Positions 11,787 to 21,345 of a stretch of DNA of 64,000 bases are shown here, piece after piece (within the stretch, counting starts at the first letter, position 1; every line of letters begins with the position of its first letter). A program made the translations under genes and the position numbers. This DNA is from Candidatus Latescibacterota bacterium (GTDB lineage Bacteria; Latescibacterota; UBA2968; SICM01): the NCBI GenBank assembly GCA_965217865.1, contig CBDCJO010000002.1, positions 4,096,001 to 4,160,000 of the forward strand, written 5' to 3'. The notes below the pieces were generated by a model. It saw nothing but the letters and a program-made list of their open reading frames with translations. It did no database searches and had not been told where the DNA came from.

Positions 11787-12021
11787 AACGACTTTCCTCC
11801 GAATATCCGATTTGGGCACCGGAACCGATGCGGTCAGATCGAAATCGCTTTCTTAATACCATCACACCAGTGCCGGGATTGGTCCCGGAGAACAGTTCCT
11901 CATATAAAAACGTAAAGCCGCATCTATCCGGATGCGGCTGGTTGCGGTTCCCCCGTATATTTTACGAGTTTCCATCGCCTCCCTCCCAGGGAGAGTGTTT
12001 TAAACTCAATCGACTTTAGAA

Positions 12022-12051
12022 AAATTACGGGAGGATGTATGGGAATGTCAA
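12022..12051 (-). promoter_or_regulatory. Candidate sigma70 promoter for the NHL array
   Basis: TTGACA-N18-TAATTT on the minus strand. Confidence 0.4.
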
Positions 12052-12103
12052 GCGAAATCCGATTTGTGTGTTCGTCAAAACTCTCCTGAATCGGATTGCC
12101 CTC

Positions 12104-12234
12104 GTAGGGGCACGGCATGCCGTGCCCCTACACCAATTTCATCTGCCCACCGATTTCCGTAGGGGCGAGGCGGTGCCTCGCCCGATGATTCGTCCAAATC
12201 CCATCGCCGGGCGACCACATAGGTTCCCCCTAAC
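12104..12234. repeat. GTAG-type REP/BIME cluster, copy 2
   Basis: Same 28-bp palindrome and second hairpin as 4190-4320. Confidence 0.85.
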
Positions 12235-12492
12235 GCCTGACCTCCGATTCCCGTCTCACGTTTGACGTTTGACGTTTGACTGATTTTCAATCTCCTTTGA
12301 CCCCTGGCTTTTCCCTAACCTCTTACCTCCAGCCCCTGTCTTTTGCATTTTCCTTTACTGACACCTGTTCTATCTTTTGTCTGAGATCGCCCGAAAAAAC
12401 GGGGGCAAGGTCGAAGCAAGATCCTGGTTGCCTGTAGGGTTGAGAAGGGATACATATTTTGGGATATCCCTGACCTCACAGGAGGAGTAAAG

Positions 12493-12828
12493 ATGGAGCA
12501 ACTGTCCTCAAACAGTGACCCGGTCAAGAAGCGCAGGAGCTTGTCCCCGGAACAGAAGTATGAGATTTTCCTTGAAGCCAGCCGGGGAGATGTTCCCATT
12601 GCACAGGTGCTGCGGAAATGGGGCATTCATTCCTCGGATCTAAAGCGTATTCGTGAGTCGGTCAAGTCCGGGGCCCTCAAGGAGTTCAAGGGTCGCCGGA
12701 GCCGCAAGCCGATGGTATCGGCTGAGGAGGTGGAGCAGCTGCGCAAAGAGCGGGCACGCCTGGAGCAAACGATCATTGAGCAATCTGTGGAACTTTCCCT
12801 GCTAAAAAAAAGTGTGAATGGGATCTGA
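12493..12828 (+). CDS. IS3-family transposase OrfA (HTH)
   Basis: HTH plus coiled coil; ends over an A8G slippery site at 12804-12812. Confidence 0.85.
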   Translation: MEQLSSNSDPVKKRRSLSPEQKYEIFLEASRGDVPIAQVLRKWGIHSSDLKRIRESVKSGALKEFKGRRSRKPMVSAEEVEQLRKERARLEQTIIEQSVELSLLKKSVNGI

Positions 12829-12851
12829 CAGGCCCGATCAAGGGCCACCGG

Positions 12852-13839
12852 GTGCAAGCTGAGGTCAAACGCGAGATCCTCTTAATGGTCCATCGGGCCA
12901 AGGAGAAAGGGGTGAAACTCACCCGTTCTTGCGAGATCCTACAGCTTCCCCTCCAGCGGTATTGTGCCTGGAGCCGGCGAGATCGAGAAGAGAAGCTGGA
13001 TGGGGTGTCGGACCCGCTTTTGGATGGGAAGCCCGGGCCCGCCCCTGATGAGGCCCCACACGGATGAGACCTATGCCGATCTGCCTCCCCATCAGCTGGC
13101 GGTGGTAGCCTCAGAGAAGGGGGTAGTGCAGGCCTCGGCCTCCAGCTTCTACCGACAGGCCAGGAAAGAACGTCTGGCACGCAGGAAACAGGTGAGGACG
13201 CCGGTCAAGCAGAGCAAGCCCCAGGTCAAACCTGAAGGTCCTAATCAGGTCTGGAGCTGGGACCTGACCTACATCCCATTTTTCGGTTTGTTCCTGTATT
13301 TTACCGCCATTCTCGACGTGTATTCCAGGAAAATCGTAGGATGGAAGCTCTCCTTCAACGCGACCGTGGAGCAGGTCAAACAGGCCTGGGATCAAGCCCT
13401 TGCCAACGAAGGACTGCTGGACCTGGACACTGGGCCCATAAGCTTGACAGCCCTCTCAGATCACGGATCTCAGATGAAGGCCAAATCGATGGCCCAATTC
13501 TTCAAGGACCTGGGCATCTCGCAGCTGTTTGCCCGATATCAAACACCCACGGACAACGCCTGGATCGAAGCCTTTTTCCGGACATTCAAATACGACTGGC
13601 TGCGCTTCCAGGACATCTTCACATTCCATCAACTGGAAGGCCTGATTGATTCCTTCATTCACAGCTACAACGCCGAACGCTATCACGGGGCAATACAGTA
13701 TGTCACGCCTCTTCAGAGGCATAAAGGCCAGCATCAAAAGATTCTTCACCACCGACAAGGTCGAAAGGAGGAGGCTCGGCAGCGCCGCATAGAAATCAAT
13801 CGGCAAAGAACATCCCAGACCATCCACAAGGCTGCCTGA
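12852..13839 (+). pseudogene. IS3-family transposase OrfB (rve/DDE), frameshifted by a 44-bp deletion
   Basis: WSWDLTY, SDHGSQ, DNAWIEAFF motifs; 988 bp versus 1032 bp in copy 2; deletion between GGAT microhomologies near 13062-13065. Confidence 0.85.
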
Positions 13840-13891
13840 ATCTTGCTTGGACCTTTATCTGCTTTTCTCTTGTTATCTCAGAATAGATACA

Positions 13892-14140
13892 GTCGGCAAC
13901 GCATGGGAGTTTGATCGGTTCAGTCCGATGGATGCGATACCGGCCACGGTCAATCTCACCACCTACTCGGGTGGTTCGACCGATTTCATCGAAACGCCGC
14001 TTCAGATGGTGGTTAAGGAAGTAGAGGAGGGACGCCTGACGCCCAGGATCGGGCGTGTGTTTCAACTGGATGCCATCGTTGAAGCGCACCGCTGCATGGA
14101 AGACAACGCAGCCGGTGGCAAGATCGTCGTCCTCACCTGA
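13892..14140 (+). pseudogene. 3' remnant of a zinc-binding ADH / NADPH:quinone reductase truncated by the IS
   Basis: VGNAWEFDRFSPMDAIP...IVEAHRCMEDNAAGGKIVVLT begins right after the IS end. Confidence 0.7.
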
Positions 14141-14362
14141 AGAAAGGAAATCATGCCTACCAACCGGCGCGCTCCGCCACCTCTTAAGGGGTATACGATT
14201 CTGCCAGCCTTAACCACCCGACACAATTACTTGGAAGTGTTTGACAAAACCGGTTAGTTGATTACCTTTGGGCCATTGATCTTAAAATAAGCCAATAGCG
14301 GCTATTCGAAGTGTCTGAAGCGACCAAAGCAATGTTCATCGCCTAACAGGAAGGAGGCACTC

Positions 14363-14791
14363 ATGGCTTCAGAAGTCGTTGTGCGATCCGTGTCTGGGGA
14401 GCGGTTCACCCAGGAGGCCGAAACCGGAAGACACAAACTCCTGGGGGATGAGCCGGAATCCTTTGGCGGCTCCGATCGCGGCCCCGGGCCCTACGAATAC
14501 TTGCTTATCGCGCTTGGAACGTGAACGTCCATCACACTCCGCATGTATGCGGAGCGGAAAGGATTCGCACTGGAGAGCGTTGAGGTACGGCTCAGTCACG
14601 GGAGGATTCACACAAAGGACTGTGAGGATTGCGAGACTAAAGAGGGAATGCTCGATGAGATCCAGAGCCGGATCCGTATGAGTGGGGATCTCGACGCCGC
14701 CCAGCGCACCCGGCTGTTAGAGATCGCTACCCGTTGCCCGGTACATCGGACGCTCACTTCCGAGATCAAAATTCGAACGATGGAAGATTGA
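14363..14791 (+). CDS. OsmC/Ohr-family (YhfA-like) selenoprotein, in-frame TGA at codon 54
   Basis: AGGAGG RBS; DEP..FGG.DRGPGPYEYLLIALGT-[TGA 14522-14524]-TSITLRMYA...CPVHRTL; the TGA sits at the conserved Cys. Confidence 0.85.
14537..14554 (+). promoter_or_regulatory. Putative bacterial SECIS hairpin
   Basis: CTCCGCAT-GT-ATGCGGAG perfect inverted repeat 12 nt after the UGA, with apical GU. Confidence 0.65.
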
Positions 14792-14951
14792 CTTCCGTCA
14801 AACGTCAAACGTGAGACGGGGAAGACCCTTCCGCCCATCCCCACGGGAATACAGAATACAGAGTCAGGAAACCGGGGGGTAGGGTGTCAAAGGTAAGGGG
14901 AAACGTCGCTCCCCAAAGCAATAGTTCACGACGCAGGATCAGGGAGGCAGC

Positions 14952-16070
14952 ATGAGCAAACGAGTGGCAATCGTCGCCGGCGGCAGAACCCCCTTCGTCA
15001 AAGCGGGCAAAACCTTCAAGGATCTGGGCCCTCTCAGGTTGGCCTGTCATGCAGTGAGCGGCCTGATCGAGCGGCACGGCATCGACCCGGACAGCATCGA
15101 GGCCATCGCTTACGGGGTGGTCGTACCGGATCCGCGGCGACCGAACCTGGCACGCGAGATCGTTTTCGAGACCGGCCTTCCGACGCGTATTGAGGCGCAG
15201 ACCATCTCCTCTTACTGCATCACGGGCTTGCGCACGCTCACGGTAATCGCCGATGCGATCGCCAGCGGGCGGATCGAGGTTGGCCTCGCAGGAGGCGTCG
15301 ACTCTCTTTCACACTCCGATCCGGAGACGCTTCAAGAGCCCACCACGGGGCTCTCGATGGGTGAGCATACGGAGATCACACGCGGGGAATGGGAGATTCC
15401 CCGGGAGCGGCAGGATGAAATCGCCCTCGCCAGCCATCGAAATGCCATCGCCGCCCGGGATCGTCTTGTCGAGGAGATCCTCCCGCTCCTCGGCGAAGAG
15501 CGCGACACCGGTCCGCGAGAGGGCACCTCCCTGGAGGCCCTCGCCGCGCTGAAGCCGGTGTTCGATGAGAACGGCACGATCACAGCAGGCAACGCCTCGC
15601 CGCTCACCGACGGAGCCACCGCTGTCCTTCTCATGAGTGAGCAGCGAGCCCGCCTCGAAGCTCGGGAGCCGCTGGCCTTTATCCGCGACATGGAGTACGG
15701 CGCGATCGATCCAGAGGAGGGGCTGCTCATGGCACCGGCGGTGGTGGTGCCGCGTCTCCTCGGCCGAAACTCGCTTACGCTCCCACAGATCGATCTCATC
15801 GAGATCCATGAGGCCTTTGCAGCCCAAGTGCTGGCCAACGCCGTGGCCTGGGAGCGAGGGTGGAAGGCTGAACCCACGGCACCCGTCGACTGGGACCGGG
15901 TCAATGTCTCAGGCAGCTCCATCGCAGTGGGTCATCCCTGGTCGGCTACAGGCGGACGCATCGTCACGACCCTCGCCAACGAGATGGCCCGTCGGGACGC
16001 GCGAAACGGGCTTGTGAGCATCTGTGCCGCTGGCGCCATGGCCGGAGCGTTCCTCTTGGAGCGGAGTTGA
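14952..16070 (+). CDS. Acetyl-CoA C-acyltransferase (thiolase, FadI-like)
   Basis: GGRTPFVKAG, YCITG catalytic Cys, TAGNASPLTDGA, HEAFAAQ, GHPWSATG, SICAAG. Confidence 0.9.
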   Translation: MSKRVAIVAGGRTPFVKAGKTFKDLGPLRLACHAVSGLIERHGIDPDSIEAIAYGVVVPDPRRPNLAREIVFETGLPTRIEAQTISSYCITGLRTLTVIADAIASGRIEVGLAGGVDSLSHSDPETLQEPTTGLSMGEHTEITRGEWEIPRERQDEIALASHRNAIAARDRLVEEILPLLGEERDTGPREGTSLEALAALKPVFDENGTITAGNASPLTDGATAVLLMSEQRARLEAREPLAFIRDMEYGAIDPEEGLLMAPAVVVPRLLGRNSLTLPQIDLIEIHEAFAAQVLANAVAWERGWKAEPTAPVDWDRVNVSGSSIAVGHPWSATGGRIVTTLANEMARRDARNGLVSICAAGAMAGAFLLERS

Positions 16071-16275
16071 GCCTCTCGATGCAACCGCACAGCCGTCGGA
16101 GAGCTTCTCTTGAAGATTTCGATTTTGTCCTATAACTGCAATCGTGGCTTATTGCTGGAAGGAAAGCGTCTTGGCCGCTTAAAAAGAAGAAGTGGTTGAC
16201 CCAAAGGAGTGTACTCTCAAGCTCCTGTCGGCAATTAATTTGTATTCACAACCCCCCCAAAAAAGGAGGACCCTC

Positions 16276-16566
16276 ATGGCTGTTAATGTCATTGTCGAGT
16301 TCCAGGCTAAGTCAGAAGCAGCGAGCCAGTTCAAGGGCCTGCTAATAGAAGCATTGCCAGATACCCGTGCTTACGATGGCTGTCAAGGCCTTGACGAATA
16401 CCACAATTTGGATGACGAAGGAAACATCGTGTTGGTCGAAAAGTGGGAATCTAGACAGCACTATGAGAAATATCTTGCGTGGCGTACTGAGAGCGGCATG
16501 ATGGACCAGGTGAGTGAGATGCTGGCTAGGGAGCCGAGCATCCGATACTACGAGAAAGTCAGTTAG
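16276..16566 (+). CDS. Antibiotic biosynthesis monooxygenase (ABM) family protein
   Basis: AGGAGG RBS; LPDTRAYDGC, LVEKWESRQHYEKYLAWR. Confidence 0.8.
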   Translation: MAVNVIVEFQAKSEAASQFKGLLIEALPDTRAYDGCQGLDEYHNLDDEGNIVLVEKWESRQHYEKYLAWRTESGMMDQVSEMLAREPSIRYYEKVS

Positions 16567-16745
16567 TGTGCTTTTGATGCCCAACATTAAATGACTCAAA
16601 CGCTAAGAGACTTATTGCTTTACCTTTGTCCGGCCATGTCGTTAGCCACAATTGCCCACCACCTAAAACAATTAGACGGGCAACGACTCTTGCGGCTGTC
16701 GTCATTCATGGATAGAAATTGACGGAACAATGAAAGGAGAAAGAG

Positions 16746-17429
16746 ATGGCACTTGATCAAGGAACCGTTCTCTCGGTGAACGTGGGAGGCATCCGTCAGT
16801 TCGATTACAACGGCAAACCGGCGGTGAGCGCGATCTGGAAATCGCCCGTCAAGGGCCGGATCGCTGCAAGGGGAGTGAATTTGGAGGGCGACGACCAGGC
16901 CGACCGGGAGGTGCATGGGGGTCCCGACAAGGCGGTATACGCATACGCAGTGGAGGACACGCGATGGTGGGAAGAAGACCTCGGTTGCTCGCTCGAGTAC
17001 GGCCAGTTCGGGGAGAACCTAACGACAGAAGGCATCGATGTGACCAGCGCCCTGGTCGGAGAGCGCTGGGAGATCGGAAGCATGGTGCTGGAAGTGTCGG
17101 AGCCACGCGTTCCCTGCTGGCGGCTGGGAGTGCGGATGGAGGACAAGCGTTTTCCCCGCCGCTTCACGGAGGTCGGGCGGCCGGGGACCTACTTCCGGAT
17201 CGCCGTGGAGGGGGATGTGGGTGCCGGAGATGAAATCCGGGTTGTGGAGCGACCCGACCACGACCTGTCGATCGGTGATGTGTTTCGCATCTACACGAAG
17301 GATCGAGATGAGATGGAGCGGTTGCTCTCGGTGCCGCAGATATCCTCAAGCTGGCAGCAATGGGCGGAAAAGGGACTTGAGAAGCGTCAAGGGCGAAGCG
17401 CGGATCCGGCCGACCCGGGGTGTTGTTAG
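16746..17429 (+). CDS. MOSC-domain protein (YiiM-like)
   Basis: SAIWKSPV, GDDQADREVHGGPDKAVY, FGENLT, EPRVPCWRL. Confidence 0.9.
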   Translation: MALDQGTVLSVNVGGIRQFDYNGKPAVSAIWKSPVKGRIAARGVNLEGDDQADREVHGGPDKAVYAYAVEDTRWWEEDLGCSLEYGQFGENLTTEGIDVTSALVGERWEIGSMVLEVSEPRVPCWRLGVRMEDKRFPRRFTEVGRPGTYFRIAVEGDVGAGDEIRVVERPDHDLSIGDVFRIYTKDRDEMERLLSVPQISSSWQQWAEKGLEKRQGRSADPADPGCC

Positions 17430-17476
17430 GGACCAATCTCATGGCAGTCCTCGTAACCAATTAAAAGATAACGACC

Positions 17477-18562
17477 ATGGCTAAGCCAAGAATCCTCGTT
17501 ACTGCGGCCGCCGGTCGTACTGGCTCACCCGCGGTGCTCCAACTGCTCGAGAAGGGATTTCCCGTACGCGCCTTCGTGAGGCGCAAGGACGCGCGGGCGA
17601 CCGTCCTAGAGCGGGCAGGCGCTGAGATATTCGTCGGTGACATGTTCGATTATCGGGACCTCCGAAAATCGTTGGTCGAAGTTCAACGCGCGTATCACTG
17701 CCCGCCCCTTTCGTCCAATCTTCTGCACAACACGATGCTGTTCGCTGTCGCGGCGCAAGAAGCCAAACTCGAAGTCGTGGCGTTGATGAGTCAGTGGAAT
17801 CCGCACCCCACCCACCCGTCGATCATCACGCGCGAACACTGGATCGCGAACCAGGTCTACCGCTGGATGCCGTCCGTGGACGTTATCCACGTCAACCCGG
17901 GCTTGTTCGCGTTCGCCTATCTCCTCGGTCTGCCAGCGATCGTCCACTTTGGCATGTTGATGGCGCCGTTTGGCGACGGCCTGAATGCGCCTCCCTCGAA
18001 TGAGGACATTGCGCACGTCGCGACAGGTGCGCTGTCCGATCCCACCGACCATATCGGCAAGAGCTATCGCCCGACCGGTCCCGAACTGATTTCACCGAAG
18101 GACATTGCCGGAATCCTGGGCAAAGTTCTCGGGCGCAAGGTCACTTACAAAGACGTGCCGTTCAAAGCGTTTAACAAGGCGGCCATCGCCCAAGGTTTTC
18201 CGCTTTCTGACATCGCTCCCCTGCGCTACTACACCGAGGAGATCAGAGAAGGCGCGTTTGCCGTCGGAGCACCGACCGATCACGTCCTCCAAGTCAGCGG
18301 AATCGCGCCTGAGGACTTCGAGTCGATCGCGCGTCGATATATCCAGAACCCGTCACTGATTCATCCGGCGCTTAAGGTCGGGTCGAAACTGAGAGCGATC
18401 GGATTCCTCCTCAGGATGCTTGATACCAGGCCGGCGGACCTTGACGCCTGGGAGCGTGACCGCGGCTACCCGCTCTTGAGCAATCCGGTTCTGTCGCAGG
18501 ACAGCGCCGAATGGCGTGCGACTGCCGAGCGACAGCAACTCAATCTTCTTCCCGACGCGTAA
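17477..18562 (+). CDS. NmrA-family NAD(P)-binding protein
   Basis: ILVTAAAGRTG Rossmann motif, VRAFVRR, DIAHVA, YRPTGPE. Confidence 0.8.
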   Translation: MAKPRILVTAAAGRTGSPAVLQLLEKGFPVRAFVRRKDARATVLERAGAEIFVGDMFDYRDLRKSLVEVQRAYHCPPLSSNLLHNTMLFAVAAQEAKLEVVALMSQWNPHPTHPSIITREHWIANQVYRWMPSVDVIHVNPGLFAFAYLLGLPAIVHFGMLMAPFGDGLNAPPSNEDIAHVATGALSDPTDHIGKSYRPTGPELISPKDIAGILGKVLGRKVTYKDVPFKAFNKAAIAQGFPLSDIAPLRYYTEEIREGAFAVGAPTDHVLQVSGIAPEDFESIARRYIQNPSLIHPALKVGSKLRAIGFLLRMLDTRPADLDAWERDRGYPLLSNPVLSQDSAEWRATAERQQLNLLPDA

Positions 18563-18639
18563 TCCGTGGAACCGGTTCGGGAACGAGGGGGACGGTGTTG
18601 CCAAGAGCCTCGCAGCCGGTGCAAAAACCCTAAATAAAA

Positions 18640-19479
18640 ATGAGCGACGCCAAGAACCCCCCGAGCCCGATCGAAAACCGAGATGACAGCGGCTACCGGT
18701 ACGAGAACTTCCGGGCGGCCCTGCTCCTGAACGACGCGCGGTTCTCGCCCGACGCCCTGCAGCTGGGCCAGGTCTTGCCCGACCGGATGCTGGTCAGCCC
18801 GGACGGCGAGGAGATCTCCTTGCGGAATGTTTCAGACGGGCGGCCGATCGTGTTGGTTACGGGTTCGCTGACCTGCCCGCTCACAATCAGCACCCTGCCG
18901 ATGTTCACCGAATTGTACCGGCGTTACCACGATCGCGTGGCTTTCGCTTTCATCTACACCCGGGAGGCCCATCCCGGAGAGAACGTCGGACAACCGGCCA
19001 CGCTACCAGAGAAAGTCGAACATGCGCGTCTATTGAAGGAGATCCACGGCCTGGACTGGCCGGTTCTTGTCGACGATCTGGATGGCACCCTGCACGGAAT
19101 GCTGGATACCAAGCAGAATTCTGTTCACATCCTCGGATCTGACGGAAGGATCATGTTCCGGGCGCTGTTTGCGGGCGACAGCGCCGTGGAGAAGGCGATC
19201 GTGGCCATTGCCGGGGGCGGGGAGCCGCACAAAAACCAAGCCCGCGGCAAACTGGCTGGTCCCATGAAGTCCGTCGGCTATATCGACGAAACCCTGCGAC
19301 AGGCAGGCTCACAGGCGTACCGCGATGTCATCAAGGCGGTACCTCCGATGGCGATGATGGCGATTATGTCCAGGGCCTTTCCCTTCTTGCCGAGAGTCAG
19401 CCGTGGATGGGCCGCGGCAGGTACTCTAATGGTCGGAGGGGCCGTGGTCCTATGGGGGCTCGCCAGGCTTTTTCTCTAG
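18640..19479 (+). CDS. Deiodinase-like thioredoxin-fold protein (Cys form) with C-terminal TM
   Basis: GSLTCP and FIYTREAHP match the deiodinase GSxT(U/C)P and YxxEAHP motifs. Confidence 0.7.
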   Translation: MSDAKNPPSPIENRDDSGYRYENFRAALLLNDARFSPDALQLGQVLPDRMLVSPDGEEISLRNVSDGRPIVLVTGSLTCPLTISTLPMFTELYRRYHDRVAFAFIYTREAHPGENVGQPATLPEKVEHARLLKEIHGLDWPVLVDDLDGTLHGMLDTKQNSVHILGSDGRIMFRALFAGDSAVEKAIVAIAGGGEPHKNQARGKLAGPMKSVGYIDETLRQAGSQAYRDVIKAVPPMAMMAIMSRAFPFLPRVSRGWAAAGTLMVGGAVVLWGLARLFL

Positions 19480-19669
19480 CCTCAGAGAGTCCGCGGCGCT
19501 GCCACACCCCAACCTCATCTTATCTATGGCGCATATCTTGCCCCGTTGTTGAATCCCACGGCCTCGTTAACGCACCTAAACCATCGGTTTTGGTAAGTTA
19601 GATTACCCCGACTTCGATTATGTCTCCAAAAGCAAGAGCTGAATCAGATCTGACTCAAGGGGGAGAGCG

Positions 19670-19963
19670 ATGGAGGAGCTGAACGCCGTAGTAACTCAGA
19701 AGATTGCGGTGGCGCCGGACCTGATAGTATTGCAGGTGACGCCCCGGGATTGGGATCTGCCCGAATTCGAGGCGGGCCAATTTGCGGTGCTCGGACTGCC
19801 ACCCGACGCGCCCCGGGCAACCTGGTCAGATCAGGAGGACGAAATTACCAACCCCGACAGGCTGATAAGGCGTGCGTATTCCATCGCATCTTCGTCAGTT
19901 GCCCGGGAGTATATGGAGTTTTATGTGACGATGGTCCGTTCGGGGGCTCTGACCCCGAGGCTG
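19670..19963 (+). pseudogene. Ferredoxin-NADP reductase N-terminal fragment
   Basis: FEAGQFAVLGL, RRAYSIAS, GALTPRL, then similarity ends and base composition shifts. Confidence 0.75.
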
Positions 19964-19964
19964 T

Positions 19965-20732
19965 GCAGCCGCGGGAACTATTATACCACCGCTTCAAAAC
20001 TTGCAACTGTTAGGTGAACTTAGATCTGAAACCTGGAGACTCGGTTATAACCTTTATGTGGGAAATGGTTCTACCACTAATGAGAACAATTTGGATTTGA
20101 ATGCTAATAAAAGTGTTGGAGCCCGGCTCTGGATAGAACCGACCCAGCAGAACTTGGCGATCGGCGCTTCTTTTTTTACGGAAAAGGGTGTCTTTGGAAT
20201 CAGGCCTCACGTGGATATGAAAGCAATGATGACAAAGGCTCTGTCTTTGGGGCTGACCCCGAACAAGATTGTGCCTATCCTGCCCACGGTTACAGAATCC
20301 GAAACCCGGCGTACTTGGGGTGTAGATGTCCGGTATGTTAAGCACAATTTTGAGCTTCGGGGAGAATTCGCCAAAAGTAGCATCTCAGATCTTTCCTTGT
20401 TGGATGCCTCAACTATTTCTGATACAACTCAAACTTACACATTTAACCGCTCAAATTTTTCAAAGAAGTTTTATTACGTTAATTTGAACTATACCTTTCT
20501 GGAGAAACTCACACCGTATTTTGAAATTAATGTATTTGAGGACCCTAGACATTTCGTGTTTCGAAATAAACTGCGAAGGTTAACGTTCGGGGGCGCTTTC
20601 AGGCCCCATTCTAATGTGGCAATAAAGGCGGAGTTTCACAATCACTTTTTTGGGGAGAAATTTAATAAGAAGCCTGGAAATTTCAAGAACTTCCAGATGT
20701 ATTGGACAGCGATATCCGTCTTTTTCAATTAA
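19965..20732 (+). pseudogene. 5'-truncated outer-membrane porin-like beta-barrel
   Basis: YNLYVGNG, NKSVGARL, ELRGEF, alternating strands and terminal FFN; no start or signal peptide before the junction. Confidence 0.55.
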
Positions 20733-20746
20733 GGGTGGTTCGGTCG

Positions 20747-21235
20747 ATGAATATGTGCAAACTATCCATTCTTTTGGTATCTGTTTTTCTGATGCTGAGT
20801 AATGTGAGACTCTACGCTCAAATCGTGGTGGTCGTGAATAGTAATAACCAGATAGATTCTCTTAGGTTGAGTGAATTGAGACGTATCTACCGGGCGGAGG
20901 TAACTGTGTGGGAATACGAAGAGGAAAAAGGATCAGATATTATACTCATCGATCATAAATACAAAACCAGAGCGGCCCGCCAATTCTATAAAAAGGTTGT
21001 GGGCTTATCGCAAGCAAGAATCCGTTTGGAGTGGATAGGCAGGTTGTTGAATGGAGAGCTTCAGAACTTACCCATTAAGCTGGTTTCAGAGATCGAGGTC
21101 TTGAAATATATCTCGCAACACGCTGGCGCAATTGGGTTCGTTCGCGTTGGCCAATTCAATTTATCAATAGGTTCGGTTAAGGCCGTAAAAATTGATGGAA
21201 AAGATTTTGAGAGTAAGGAGTATCCTATTCGATAA
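20747..21235 (+). CDS. Small secreted PBP/phosphate-binding-like protein
   Basis: Signal peptide; IVVVVNSNN..DSL...EL.RIY, GAIGFV, VKAVKIDG. Confidence 0.65.
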   Translation: MNMCKLSILLVSVFLMLSNVRLYAQIVVVVNSNNQIDSLRLSELRRIYRAEVTVWEYEEEKGSDIILIDHKYKTRAARQFYKKVVGLSQARIRLEWIGRLLNGELQNLPIKLVSEIEVLKYISQHAGAIGFVRVGQFNLSIGSVKAVKIDGKDFESKEYPIR

Positions 21236-21345
21236 ACTCGAATGTCGAGTATTTGCGGGAACATGGTTAAATTATTCCTGCCGAAACGGACGATTGGCAA
21301 TTGAGTCTCTCTGGACATCTCGTAATACCTAGGCTGAGGCAAATT

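Larger units (their letters stand above)
12366..13891 (+). mobile_element. IS3-family insertion sequence, copy 1 (44-bp deletion in orfB)
   Basis: TG...CA ends with imperfect IRs (TGTTCTATCTTTTGTCTGAGAT / ATCTCAGAATAGATACA); orfA/orfB in -1 frame; near-identical inverted copy at 60787-62336. Confidence 0.9.

Noticed and set aside
17418-17429. Recoded stop after the MOSC C-terminal GCC
   Set aside because: Stop is TAG at a normal protein length, with no evidence of read-through
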